Assembly: GCA_963785195.1 (NCBI GenBank)
Contig: CAWAUE010000003.1
Span: 9,137-73,136, forward strand
Length of the DNA: 64,000 nt
Direction: 5' to 3'
From: an uncultured Solirubrobacterales bacterium
GTDB taxonomy: Bacteria; Actinomycetota; Thermoleophilia; Solirubrobacterales; 70-9
The notes below the pieces were generated by a model. The model ran no database searches. It saw nothing but the letters and a program-made list of their open reading frames with translations, and had not been told where the DNA came from. The translations under genes and the position numbers were made by a program. Shown here in pieces: positions 1 through 8,944 of the stretch. Numbering within the stretch: position 1 is the first letter of the stretch; each line of letters opens with the position of its first letter.

Positions 1-1102
1 CGTCGGCCTTGTCGGCGTCGGTTCCCGGCGGCGATAGGGGCTGCGAGCAGTTGTGCGTGTACTGCTTGCTCGGGAAGACGAGCTCGCTGTGCGCCATGTC
101 GGAGTCGGTGCGCTGGAGGACCGGCTTGACGCCGGTCACCGGCGTCACCGCCCCCGTCCAGGCGTCGATCTGGGCCTGGTGCTCCGGCGCGTAGGTGTAG
201 TTGATCCAGTCGTAGGCGGCGGTCGGATTGGGCGCGCCGACCGGGACGACCCAGTTGTCCCACCACAGGATGCAGCCCTGGGTCGGCATCACCCAGCTCA
301 GGCTCGGGTTGTCGGCCTGGAGCTGGAACGCGTCCGCCGCCCAGCCGATTACGGCGACGGCGTCGCCGCTGGCGAGGTCGCGCGCGTAGTCGCCGCCGGT
401 GAAGCGACGGATCTGGCCGTCGTCCGCGGCCTTCTTGATCTTGGCGATCGTGTCGAGCCAGTCCTGCTTGCTCGCGCGCAGCGGATCCTTGCCCTCGGCC
501 ATCATCACCAGCGGGATCACCTCGGGCAGCTCGGTGATCATCTCGACCTTGCCGTGGTACTTGGGGTCGAAGAGGTCGTTGATGGAGTGGATGTCGGGCG
601 CGAGGTCCTTGTTGACGATCAGCCCGGTCATCCCGCCCTGCCAGGGAATCGAGTAGTCGTGGGCGGCGTCGGAACCCTGCGAGGCGATCGGGTTCAGGTG
701 CTTGAAGGCGGGCGCGAGGGCGTCGTGGTCGAGGCGCTGGAGGTAGCCGAGGTCATACATCCGGCGCGCGAGCGGGTCGTTGGCGACCATCAGGCTGCGC
801 CCACCCGACTCGCCCTTGGTCAGCAGCGGCTGCATCTTGCCGAAGAACTCGTCGTAGCTGTTGATGTCCTCGACGTAGTCGACGTTGATCCCGCTCTGCT
901 GCTCGAAGTCCGGGACTGTCTGCTTGTCGATGTAGAGGGCCCAGTTGGAGATCGTGAGGTCGCCGCTGGGCTTGCCGCTCGCCGTCGCGATCGGGACCGT
1001 GGTCGTCCCGCCCGTTTCGTCGCCGCCGCTCGAGCCGCATGCCGCCAGCAGGACCGATCCCGCGAGCGCGAGCGCGGCGAGGGTGAGCCGGCGGATGATC
1101 AT
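1..1102 (-). CDS. ABC transporter substrate-binding lipoprotein, spermidine/putrescine (PotD/PotF)-like; C-terminus runs off the left edge
   Basis: Not in the ORF track because there is no stop inside the window. Own translation from ATG 1102 gives MIIRRLTLAALALAGSVLLAACGSSGG (lipobox LAAC), then LTISNWALYID, YSIPWQGGMTGLIVNKD and GCILWWDNWVVP, typical of PotD-family binding proteins. ATGA start/stop overlap with the TetR gene at 1099-1102. Confidence 0.8.
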   Translation of the reverse strand, partial: MIIRRLTLAALALAGSVLLAACGSSGGDETGGTTTVPIATASGKPSGDLTISNWALYIDKQTVPDFEQQSGINVDYVEDINSYDEFFGKMQPLLTKGESGGRSLMVANDPLARRMYDLGYLQRLDHDALAPAFKHLNPIASQGSDAAHDYSIPWQGGMTGLIVNKDLAPDIHSINDLFDPKYHGKVEMITELPEVIPLVMMAEGKDPLRASKQDWLDTIAKIKKAADDGQIRRFTGGDYARDLASGDAVAVIGWAADAFQLQADNPSLSWVMPTQGCILWWDNWVVPVGAPNPTAAYDWINYTYAPEHQAQIDAWTGAVTPVTGVKPVLQRTDSDMAHSELVFPSKQYTHNCSQPLSPPGTDADKAD

Positions 1103-1734
1103 CGGCCCGCCTCGATCCGGCCGAACCAGGTGCGCAGCGCCGGCCGCAGGACGTCGTGCTCGAACTGCGGGTCGGGCGCCGCCAGCTGGCCGAGGAGAAG
1201 GCCGTCGAGCATCGCGAGGAACATCTGCGCCTCCAGTCGTGGATCGGTGCTGCCCAGGGAGTCGAAGAGGCCGGCGAGCGCGAGCTCCCAGGCCTCGCTC
1301 CACTCACGGCACACGGCCTCGAGCTCGGGGCGCCGGGCGGCCTCCCCGAGCAGCGCGTATTGAGCGACGGTGCGCCAGCGCTGCTCGCCGAGCTGGGCCA
1401 TCAACAGGTCGGCGAACTCGTCGACCAGCTGGCGGCTCGACAGGCGCTTGCCGAGGACGGCGTCGAGGCGCTCGTTGAGCGTCTCGATCTCGAGCCTCGC
1501 GAAGTACTCCAGCGCCTCGCGCAGCATCTCCTGCCGCGACGAGAACCAGTAGGTGGTCGAGCCGAGCGGGACGTTTGCCGCCTCGGCCACCGAGCGGTGC
1601 GTGACCGCGTCGATCCCGTCGTCGGCGATCAGGCGCAGCGTGGTCTGCAGGAGCAGCAGACGGCGTGCGCCCCGCCCGGGCGCGTCCACGTCCTGCGTCG
1701 GCGAGGTCTTGACGGTGGCGGCTTCGGCGGACAT
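1099..1734 (-). CDS. TetR family transcriptional regulator
   Basis: ORF 1099..1920 trimmed to ATG 1734. TetR_N helix-turn-helix: LLLLQTTLRLIADDGIDAVTHRSVAEAANVPLGSTTYWFSSRQEML. Stop overlaps the next start (ATGA). Confidence 0.85.
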   Translation of the reverse strand: MSAEAATVKTSPTQDVDAPGRGARRLLLLQTTLRLIADDGIDAVTHRSVAEAANVPLGSTTYWFSSRQEMLREALEYFARLEIETLNERLDAVLGKRLSSRQLVDEFADLLMAQLGEQRWRTVAQYALLGEAARRPELEAVCREWSEAWELALAGLFDSLGSTDPRLEAQMFLAMLDGLLLGQLAAPDPQFEHDVLRPALRTWFGRIEAGR

Positions 1735-1740
1735 ATGTAC

Positions 1741-1754
1741 TGTACGATCGTACA
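1741..1754. promoter_or_regulatory. Perfect 14-bp palindrome TGTACGATCGTACA, candidate TetR operator
   Basis: Read directly. It sits in the 25 nt between the TetR ATG (1734, minus) and the TTG (1760, plus) of the divergent oxidoreductase. Confidence 0.5.
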
Positions 1755-1759
1755 CCAAC

Positions 1760-2845
1760 TTGTCGGGGCCTGACGAACAGCGTGAGCGCATCGAGACCGA
1801 CGTCGTGGTCATCGGCGGCGGCATCGTCGGCGCCGCGACCGCCCTGGCGCTCGCCCGCAGGGGCGCCGGCGTCGCCCTGGTCGAGCGCGAGGCCGCAGGG
1901 CCTGCGCAGGGCTCCAGCAAGGGCAGCGCACGGATCTTCTGCCCCGCCCCGTATCCCGACGAGTCCTATCTCGAGCTTGGCCTGCGAGCCCTCGAGGGCT
2001 GGCGCGCGATCGAGTCGCAGGCGGGGCGGGAACTGCTCGTCCGCACCGGCGCGCTGACCACCGGCCGGTTCGTCGAGCGAGCCGCGGGTGCTCTGCGCGC
2101 TGCCGGGGAGCCCGCGCAGCTCCTCAGCGCCGACGATGCCCGGCGGCGGTTCGGCGTCGACACTGACGGCCGGAGCGCGCTCCATCAAGCCGAGGCGGGC
2201 GTCATCCACGCCGCCCGCGCCCATGAGGCGATGCTCGGGCTGGCCGCTGAGGCTGGAGCCGCGGTGCGCCACGGCGAGCCGGTGATCGCGATCGAGCCGG
2301 ATTCGACCGGGGTGACGGTCACGACGCGGCGCGTCCGCTACCGATGCGAGACGGCGGTGGTCGCCGCGGGCCCGTGGAGCCGTGCCCTGCTCGCCCCCGC
2401 GGGGATCGAGCTCGAGGCGACGGTGAGCGCGCAGACGATCGCCTACCTCAGCGTTCGTGAGGGAGCGCGCATACCGATCGCGCTGATGGACTTCGATGGC
2501 GACGAGCCGTACGGGCTGTTCGATCCCGAGTACGGCCTCAAGGTCGCCTTCCATACTCGTGGGCTCGACGCCGGCGACGCCGGCGGGCCGCCGGAGATCG
2601 AGCCGGCGGCCGTCGTCGAGCTCGAGCGCTGGGCCCGGCGGGCGTACCCGGGCGTCGTCGACGCGAGCGCCGGCGTCGACGGGTGCTTCTACACCCGCAC
2701 CCCGGACGAGCGGTTCGTGATCCGACGCCACGGGCCGGTCGTCGTCGTGTCCGCGTGCAACGGGCAGGGCTTTCAGTTCGCGCCCGAGACGGGCGAGCGC
2801 GCCGCTCGGATCGCCGTGGGCGCGGCCGAGGCGAGCCCGGCATGA
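1760..2845 (+). CDS. FAD-dependent oxidoreductase, sarcosine oxidase / N-methyltryptophan oxidase (DAO) family
   Basis: ORF 1553..2845. The dinucleotide fold DVVVIGGGIVGAATALALARRG starts at 1799, and the only in-frame start candidate downstream of the TetR start is TTG 1760, so the start is uncertain. Other motifs: GSSKGSARI, ACNGQGFQFAP. Confidence 0.8.
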   Translation: MSGPDEQRERIETDVVVIGGGIVGAATALALARRGAGVALVEREAAGPAQGSSKGSARIFCPAPYPDESYLELGLRALEGWRAIESQAGRELLVRTGALTTGRFVERAAGALRAAGEPAQLLSADDARRRFGVDTDGRSALHQAEAGVIHAARAHEAMLGLAAEAGAAVRHGEPVIAIEPDSTGVTVTTRRVRYRCETAVVAAGPWSRALLAPAGIELEATVSAQTIAYLSVREGARIPIALMDFDGDEPYGLFDPEYGLKVAFHTRGLDAGDAGGPPEIEPAAVVELERWARRAYPGVVDASAGVDGCFYTRTPDERFVIRRHGPVVVVSACNGQGFQFAPETGERAARIAVGAAEASPA

Positions 2846-4702
2846 GCACGGTTGAGCAGACGCGAATCGACGCGAGCCTCTCGATTCGCGATCACGAGCT
2901 CTTCGTCGAGGACGTGAGCGCGCGAAGCCTGGCCGAGCGGTTCGGCACGCCGCTGTACGTCGTCTCCGAGGACCAGCTGCGCCGCAACGCGCGCGCCTTC
3001 TCCAGCCGCCTTCTCGCAGCGCTGGCCCGGCGAGTTCATGCTCCTTCCCTCGATCAAGGCCAACGCGTCGCTGGCCTTGCGCGCGATCCTCAACGAGGAG
3101 GGCACGGGGTGCGACGTCTTCGGCCCGGGCGAGCTCGAGATCGCCCTGAGCACCGGCGCCGACCCGTCCGGGATCTCCCTCAACGGTCCGATGAAGGACG
3201 AGGCCCTGCTCGAGCGCGCGATCAGGGCGGGCGTGCGGATCACGCTCGACAGCGTCGCCGAGCTCGAGCGAACACGCGACGTCGCGACGCGCATCGGCGT
3301 CCAGGCCGTGATCCGGCTTCGGTTCCGCCCGGACCTGGTCGGGCGCGACGAGCCCTCGGAGATGTCCCCGGCGGGGCTCTCCGTGCGCGGCGCGCTCGAC
3401 CGTTACAAGGCCGGCATCCCGACCGAGGACATCCTCGCCCTCGACGAGGCGGAGATCCGGGATCCGGCCGTGGACCTGCGCGGGATCCACATGCACGTCG
3501 GCCGCCATTCGGCCGATCCGGGTGTTTGGGAAGCGGCCGTGGCCTCGCTCGGCGCCCTGCTCGCCGGCCTGCGGTCGCGATGGGGCGGCTGGACCCCTCG
3601 CGAGCTCGACGTCGGCGGCGGCTACCCCGCACCCCGCGACCCGTTCGGCCGGCTCGATCCCAAGCGCGCCGAGGCCCCCGACCACGCCCCTTCCATCGAT
3701 CGATATGCCGACACGATCTGCGCGTCGCTCGCCCGCGAGCTCGAGGGCATCGGGGTCGCACCGGCGAGCGTCCGGCTCGAGGTCGAGCCGGGGCGCGGGC
3801 TCTACGCGGACGCCGGCGTCCACCTGGCGACGGTCGGCAACGTCAAGCAGCAGCGCCTGCCGACCAAGCTGACCTGGATCGAGACGGACTCCTCCGACGC
3901 CTATCTCCCGGACGTCAACCTCGAGCTCAATCGATGGACCTGCCTGCCCGCCGGCAACGCCGACGCGCCGGCAACGGTGACCGCCGACGTCACCGGTCGT
4001 ACCTGCGCGCTCGACGTGATCGTTCCGGACGCGGCCCTGCCGCCGGTGCGCGCGGGCGACGTGCTCGCGTTTCTCGACACCGGCGCCTACCAGGAGGCCG
4101 GCGCCTCGAACTTCAACGCGCTACCGCGGCCGGGCACCGTGCTCGTGCGCGGCTCGGAGGCCGAGCTGATCCGCCGGCACGAGACCCTCGCCGACGTCTT
4201 CGCCCGCGACGTGATCCCGCAGCGCCTGCGCCGGCAAGGCGACGGCGATGGCTGGCGGCCGGCGGGGATCGACCACGTCTCGATCACCTGCGCCGACCTC
4301 GACGCGTCGCTGGGCTTTTACTCCGACCTACTCGGCATCGAGGTGCGGGCCCGGGGCGACGCCGAGGGCGGCGAGTTCGCGATCACGGGGATCGAGGACC
4401 CGAAGGTGCGCTGGGCTGATCTGATCCTCGGCGACGGCCGGGTGCTGGAGCTGATCGAGTTCGTGGACCCGCCGGGCACGCCGCACAGGCCGCGGCCGAA
4501 TGACCCGGGCGCCACCCACATCTCGCTGTTGGTAGCCGACGCCTCCGCCGTCCACGAACGCCTGCGCGATGCGGGTGCGGACTGCCGCTCCGAGCCCGTG
4601 ACGATCGAAGCGCCGGGCGCCTGGAACGGCAGCCGCGCCTTCTACGCCACCGATCCGGACGGCGTGACCGTCGAGCTGATCGAGCGGCCTGGCACCGCCT
4701 AG
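2842..4702 (+). pseudogene. PLP-dependent fold-III decarboxylase (Orn/DAP/Arg decarboxylase family) fused to a C-terminal VOC/glyoxalase domain; one frameshift near 3005 (or a sequence error)
   Basis: ATG 2842 overlaps the upstream stop (ATGA). The N-terminus MSTVEQTRIDASLSIRDHELFVEDVSARSLAERFGTPLYVVSEDQLRRNARAF is in frame 1. The rest (FSQRWPGEFMLLPSIKANASLALR..., HMHVGRH, ELDVGGGY) is in frame 2 and corresponds to ORF 3038..4702. From about 4262 the sequence GIDHVSITCADLDASLGFYSDLLG...YATDPDGVTVELIE is a VOC domain. Confidence 0.8.
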
Positions 4703-4751
4703 TGGTCGCCGCGGGCCTCGGCTTACGAAGTTCTTTACGGGAGCGGTTATC

Positions 4752-4952
4752 TTGAGCGGCGTGATCGAGCGCGACGAGTTCCGTCAGCCGGGCGACGATC
4801 TCGTTTGCCCGCGGTGCCGCGGGCGGATGCAGACGCACCTGCGAAACGGCGTCCCGATCGACCAGTGCACCGAGTGCCACGGGATCTTTCTCGACCCCGG
4901 CGAGTTCGAGCGGCTCATGGCCGCCGAGCACAGCATGCTCGGCCGGCCGTAG
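4752..4952 (+). CDS. Small TFIIB-type zinc-ribbon protein
   Basis: 66 aa with CPRC...(17)...CTEC followed by GIFLDPGEFERL, the zf-TFIIB-like pattern. TTG start. Confidence 0.7.
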   Translation: MSGVIERDEFRQPGDDLVCPRCRGRMQTHLRNGVPIDQCTECHGIFLDPGEFERLMAAEHSMLGRP

Positions 4953-5238
4953 ACCTCAGGCTCTCAAGCCCGCACGTGGTCGCGGCGACTCAGTGAGCCT
5001 CGCCCTTCCCCGAATTCCGGATTGCGCCTGAATCTCGGCGCGTGCGGCGGTCCCTGCGGCGCACCGCGTAGACGGCCTGGCCGGCGATGAGCGTGTCGAT
5101 GGCGGCGATCCCGGTCGCCAGGGCTGCTGGATGCACGAGCACCTCCTCGGTGGAAATCCACGACAGATGATCCAGAGGTTCCTAAGCGGAGCCTGAAGAC
5201 CTGCAACCAGGCCGACGTAATCCGCGCGCGAGCCGCCT

Positions 5239-5285
5239 CCCTGGGCCGAATCGACCACCCATACGGTGGTCGATTCGGCCCAGGG
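5239..5285. repeat. Perfect 21-bp inverted repeat with a 5-nt loop (hairpin or palindromic site)
   Basis: CCCTGGGCCGAATCGACCACC catac GGTGGTCGATTCGGCCCAGGG, read directly. It lies in a 473-bp stretch with no convincing gene. Confidence 0.9.
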
Positions 5286-5425
5286 GACAACGCACCGGCC
5301 CCGTCCCTCGCCGGATAGGCCCCGCGCCCTGGGCCGTGTCCGCGCGATGTGCGGCGAACTACGGATGCAGGAGGCGGCCACGTCCGCGAGGGTCCTTCCG
5401 GAGGGGAAACGAGAAAGGGAGATCC

Positions 5426-6184
5426 ATGCGCAAACACCTGACCTATGCAAACGTCGTCGCGACCCTGTGCCTAGTCCTGGTCGTCGGCGGCGGAGTCGCC
5501 TACGCGGCGAACACCGTCGGCAGCGCCGACGTCATCGACAACTCGCTAGCGAGCGTCGATCTCAAGAACAACGACGTCCGCAACGTCGACGTGCGGGATG
5601 AGTCGCTGACCGGCGCCGACGTCGCCGACAACTCGATCGCCAGCGCCGACATCGCGGCCAACTCCGTCGCCGGCAACGACATCAAGAACGACAATGTCAC
5701 CGGCACGGACATCAACGAGAGCACGCTCGTCCTCGACGACCACTTCTCCGCGACGGCGGCCAGCGGCTCGTGCAACGACGACAATCACACCGGCGTCTCC
5801 TGTGCGTCGTCGAGCTTCGAGCTCGAGAGGCCGGGCCGGGTGCTGATGAACGCGACCGGCAACTGGCACACGGCCGCACTCAACGACGGCACCGGCCCAG
5901 GCTCGGATGCGGACAACCCGATTGCCGTCAACGGAGCGTGCTCGCTTCGCATCGACGGCTCGTCGTTTTCGTCGTCCACCCGGATGGGCGAGTCCTCGCC
6001 GGACGGTCCGGTACACCCGTCGCTGTCCGATGGGACGCTGGCGCTCACCGACCTCACCGACCGGATGTTCGCGGGGACCCACACGGTGGACCTGTTCTGC
6101 AGCGAGCTGGACGGCGACCTCGATTGGACCAACCTCAGGCTGACCGCGGCGCGCGTCGACGGCGGAACTCCAACCAAGCGCTAG
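5426..6184 (+). CDS. Membrane-anchored/secreted repeat protein (pentapeptide-like 10-residue repeats), function unknown
   Basis: ORF 5336..6184 trimmed to ATG 5426, which follows AAAGGGAG. N-terminal hydrophobic anchor MRKHLTYANVVATLCLVLVVGGGVAYA. Eight 10-residue repeats of the form NxVxxxDIxx at 5510-5749. Confidence 0.7.
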   Translation: MRKHLTYANVVATLCLVLVVGGGVAYAANTVGSADVIDNSLASVDLKNNDVRNVDVRDESLTGADVADNSIASADIAANSVAGNDIKNDNVTGTDINESTLVLDDHFSATAASGSCNDDNHTGVSCASSSFELERPGRVLMNATGNWHTAALNDGTGPGSDADNPIAVNGACSLRIDGSSFSSSTRMGESSPDGPVHPSLSDGTLALTDLTDRMFAGTHTVDLFCSELDGDLDWTNLRLTAARVDGGTPTKR

Positions 6185-6242
6185 TTCGTGACGTGGGGCC
6201 GGCCAAGCGGCCGGCCCCACGCCCCTCACTACAGTTCCGCGA

Positions 6243-7211
6243 GTGCAGGGGGTCGATGTACGGACGATCAGCGTGGCTCTGATCGCGATCGCGATCACGG
6301 CCACGCCGGCCGTGCTCGCGACGGCCGACGTGGCCCGTGCGGCCGCGGGCCAGTCGGGAGCCACGCCGGCGCACGGCAACTTCGCCGGTCGAATCTCGGT
6401 CGGTGACGGCCGGAAGCTGTGGCTGCGATGCCGCGGCAAGGGCAGCCCCACCGTCGTCCTCGAATCCGGGATCCACGACTCGTCTGACCCCTGGAAGCTG
6501 TCGGCCGCTCAGCCGCCGGTCCCCCCCGGTCCCGCGGTCTTCCCCGGCGTCGCCAAGTTCGCGCGCGTGTGTCGGTACGACCGGCCCGGGACGATCCGCT
6601 ACACCGACCCGCCACGGCTGACGACCCGGAGCACGCCCGCGCCGATGCCGCGAACGCTCCCGGGGATGGCGAGCGACCTGCGGACGTTGCTGAAGCGGGC
6701 GGGCCTCCGGGCCCCGTTCGTGCTCGTCGGGCACTCGTTCGGCGGCATGATCGTCCGCCTCTTCGCTCAGACGTATCCCTCCAAGGTCGCCGGCCTCGTC
6801 CTCGTCGACTCGTTCAACACGAACGTCCGTGACCTCTTCGGGGATCTCTGGCCCCAGTACCGCCAGATCCTCAACTACCCGGGCACCGCGCTCGACTCCG
6901 ACCCGAACTGGGAGACCTTCGACATCGACGGCGCGATCGACTCGGTGCTCGCGGCGCCGGCGCTGCCCGCCGTCCCGCTCGCCGTGATGAGCAAGACCGA
7001 GCCGTTCGCGACCTCCCCGACCGTCCCGCCGCAGATCACGAGCCGGCTCGAGGAGGTCTGGCCTCGCGTGCAGGCCGCGCTCGTCCCGCTCGAGCCGCAG
7101 ACGCCGCACATCCTGGCCACCGGAAGCGACCACTATGTCCAGCTCAACGACCCGGACCTGACCATCAGCACGATCAGGCTCGTCCGCAATCGAGCCGAGC
7201 GCGGGCGCTGA
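6243..7211 (+). CDS. Secreted alpha/beta hydrolase
   Basis: Signal-like N-terminus, nucleophile elbow VGHSFGG, and LVLVDSF. Confidence 0.85.
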   Translation: MQGVDVRTISVALIAIAITATPAVLATADVARAAAGQSGATPAHGNFAGRISVGDGRKLWLRCRGKGSPTVVLESGIHDSSDPWKLSAAQPPVPPGPAVFPGVAKFARVCRYDRPGTIRYTDPPRLTTRSTPAPMPRTLPGMASDLRTLLKRAGLRAPFVLVGHSFGGMIVRLFAQTYPSKVAGLVLVDSFNTNVRDLFGDLWPQYRQILNYPGTALDSDPNWETFDIDGAIDSVLAAPALPAVPLAVMSKTEPFATSPTVPPQITSRLEEVWPRVQAALVPLEPQTPHILATGSDHYVQLNDPDLTISTIRLVRNRAERGR

Positions 7212-7306
7212 GCGAGCGGAGGCCCGTTTCGCGGCATCCGCCGGGCACCTCGCCCGCAGAGCCGCCGCGCCGGGCGGTGGCACGGCGCCGGGCCGAGCGC
7301 CGCGGC

Positions 7307-8893
7307 TCACACCTCCAGCCGGGTCTCCTCGAGGTCGATCTCGTGCTCGATCCGCCTCATCACGTCGGCGCTGATCGCGCGGCTGTTGCGGAGCTCGATC
7401 AACGCCGCGCGCTGAGCCGTGTAGACCTCGTGCATCATCCGCTGGTAGAGCATCGAGCCCTCCTCGAGCCCGTCCTCGTCCTCGATCTTCCCCGCCCTGA
7501 TCTTGAACCGCCGCTGGCGGAAGACGTAGAGGTTGCGTACCCGTTCGATCGTTCCGTCGCGGGTCCACTCTTCCGTCTCGAGCTCCTCGATCCGCTCGAG
7601 CGCGGCACGCGCGGCGACGAGGCGCGCCCGCAGCTCCTCGCTCTCCTCCTCGGTCCCGTCCTCGACCACGCCCAGTCGGCGGACAAGGTACGGCAGCGTG
7701 AGCCCCTCCCCGACGACCGTCACCAGGATCAGCGCGAACGTGATGAACAGGATCAGGTCGCGCCCCGGCAGCGCGGCCCCGGCGTCCGTCGTCAGCGGCA
7801 GCGCCAGGGCGGCGGCCAGGGAGACGGCGCCGCGCATCCCGGACCACGACGTCACCACCCGCGAGGCGGCGCTGCTTCGGCGCGCGCGTTGCGCAGGGCG
7901 ACGATCGATCGCGCGAATCAGGTACGGAACCGTGAACGCCCAGGCGAACCGAGCCCCGATCACCACCGCGCAGATCAGCGCCGCGTATCCGACCACCTGC
8001 CCCATCGGCTCGCCCTGGAGCCCGTCGACGATGATCGGCAGCTGCAGGCCGATGAGGATGAACAGGGTCGCGTTGAGCAGGAACGTGAGCACCGACCAGA
8101 GCGCGAACCCCTGCATCCGGGCCTCGGGGTTGACGATCTCCGGCGCCCGCCAGCCGAGGTAGACGCCGCAGGTGACCACTGCGAGGACGCCCGAGGCCCC
8201 GATCGCGTCGGCCGGGATGAACGCCCCGTAGGCGGTGAACAGCGAGATCGTGACCGAGGTGATCGGGTCACTGATACGGCGGCGGATCTCGGCGGTGACG
8301 TAGCCGACGGCGAGGCCGATCGCGATCCCGCCCGCGACCGCGCCGAAGAACTCGAGCACCGTGTGGCTGGCCGAGACGCTCGCCCCAACGGCCGCCGCGA
8401 CCGCGACCTTGTAGGCGACCAGGGCGGTGGCGTCGTTGACGAGGCTCTCGCCCTCGATGATGTTGACGATTCGCCGCGGCGCGCCGACGCGCTGCAGGAT
8501 CGCGGTCGCCGCCACCGGGTCGGTCGGCGAGACGATCGCGCCGAGCGCGAAGGAGACTGCCCACGGGAGCCCGATCACCTCGTGGGCCACCACCGCGACG
8601 ACGGCCGTGGTGACCAGCACAAGCCCGATCGCGGTCAGCGCGATCGGGCGCGCGCCGTCGCGAAGGCTGCGCAGGTCGGCGAAGAACGCGGCCGAGTAGA
8701 GCAGCGGCGGCAGGAACACGAGCAGAACCAAGTCGGGGTCGAGCGTGACCTCGGGGATCCCCGGCACCAGCCCGAGCAGCAGCCCCCCGATCACCAGCGG
8801 GATCGGATACGGGATCTGGAGCCAGTTCGCGAGCGCGTTCAGGCCCGCGGCCGAGACGAAGAGCGCGGCGATGATGAGCTGGAGATCGCTCAC
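7307..8893 (-). CDS. Na+/H+ antiporter (CPA1, NhaP-type)
   Basis: 528 aa, polytopic, with LVFLPPLLYSAAF and VSPTDPVAA motifs and a long cytoplasmic tail. Confidence 0.9.
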   Translation of the reverse strand: MSDLQLIIAALFVSAAGLNALANWLQIPYPIPLVIGGLLLGLVPGIPEVTLDPDLVLLVFLPPLLYSAAFFADLRSLRDGARPIALTAIGLVLVTTAVVAVVAHEVIGLPWAVSFALGAIVSPTDPVAATAILQRVGAPRRIVNIIEGESLVNDATALVAYKVAVAAAVGASVSASHTVLEFFGAVAGGIAIGLAVGYVTAEIRRRISDPITSVTISLFTAYGAFIPADAIGASGVLAVVTCGVYLGWRAPEIVNPEARMQGFALWSVLTFLLNATLFILIGLQLPIIVDGLQGEPMGQVVGYAALICAVVIGARFAWAFTVPYLIRAIDRRPAQRARRSSAASRVVTSWSGMRGAVSLAAALALPLTTDAGAALPGRDLILFITFALILVTVVGEGLTLPYLVRRLGVVEDGTEEESEELRARLVAARAALERIEELETEEWTRDGTIERVRNLYVFRQRRFKIRAGKIEDEDGLEEGSMLYQRMMHEVYTAQRAALIELRNSRAISADVMRRIEHEIDLEETRLEV

Positions 8894-8944
8894 GCGGGGA
8901 TTGTGGCTGGAACCGGGCCGCGGAGCCGACCCTGCGTTCGAAGG

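Noticed and set aside
53-1363. 436-aa plus-strand ORF, and similar very long ORFs elsewhere (1304..3823 minus, 839 aa; 7277..10285 plus, 1002 aa; 53614..56121 plus, 835 aa; most of 57965..60268 minus, 767 aa).
   Set aside because: Their translations are R/A/G/P/D-rich low-complexity strings with no family signature. They lie antisense or out of frame to ORFs with clear homology, which is the usual open-frame artefact of very high GC DNA.
4990-5142. 50-aa minus-strand ORF (VLVHPAALATGIAAIDTLIAGQAVYAVRRRDRRTRRDSGAIRNSGKGEAH) in the 4953-5425 gap.
   Set aside because: One hydrophobic stretch followed by a basic tail looks gene-like, but there is no SD and no family match, and it could be a fragment of a lost gene. 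The support is too weak to list it as a feature.
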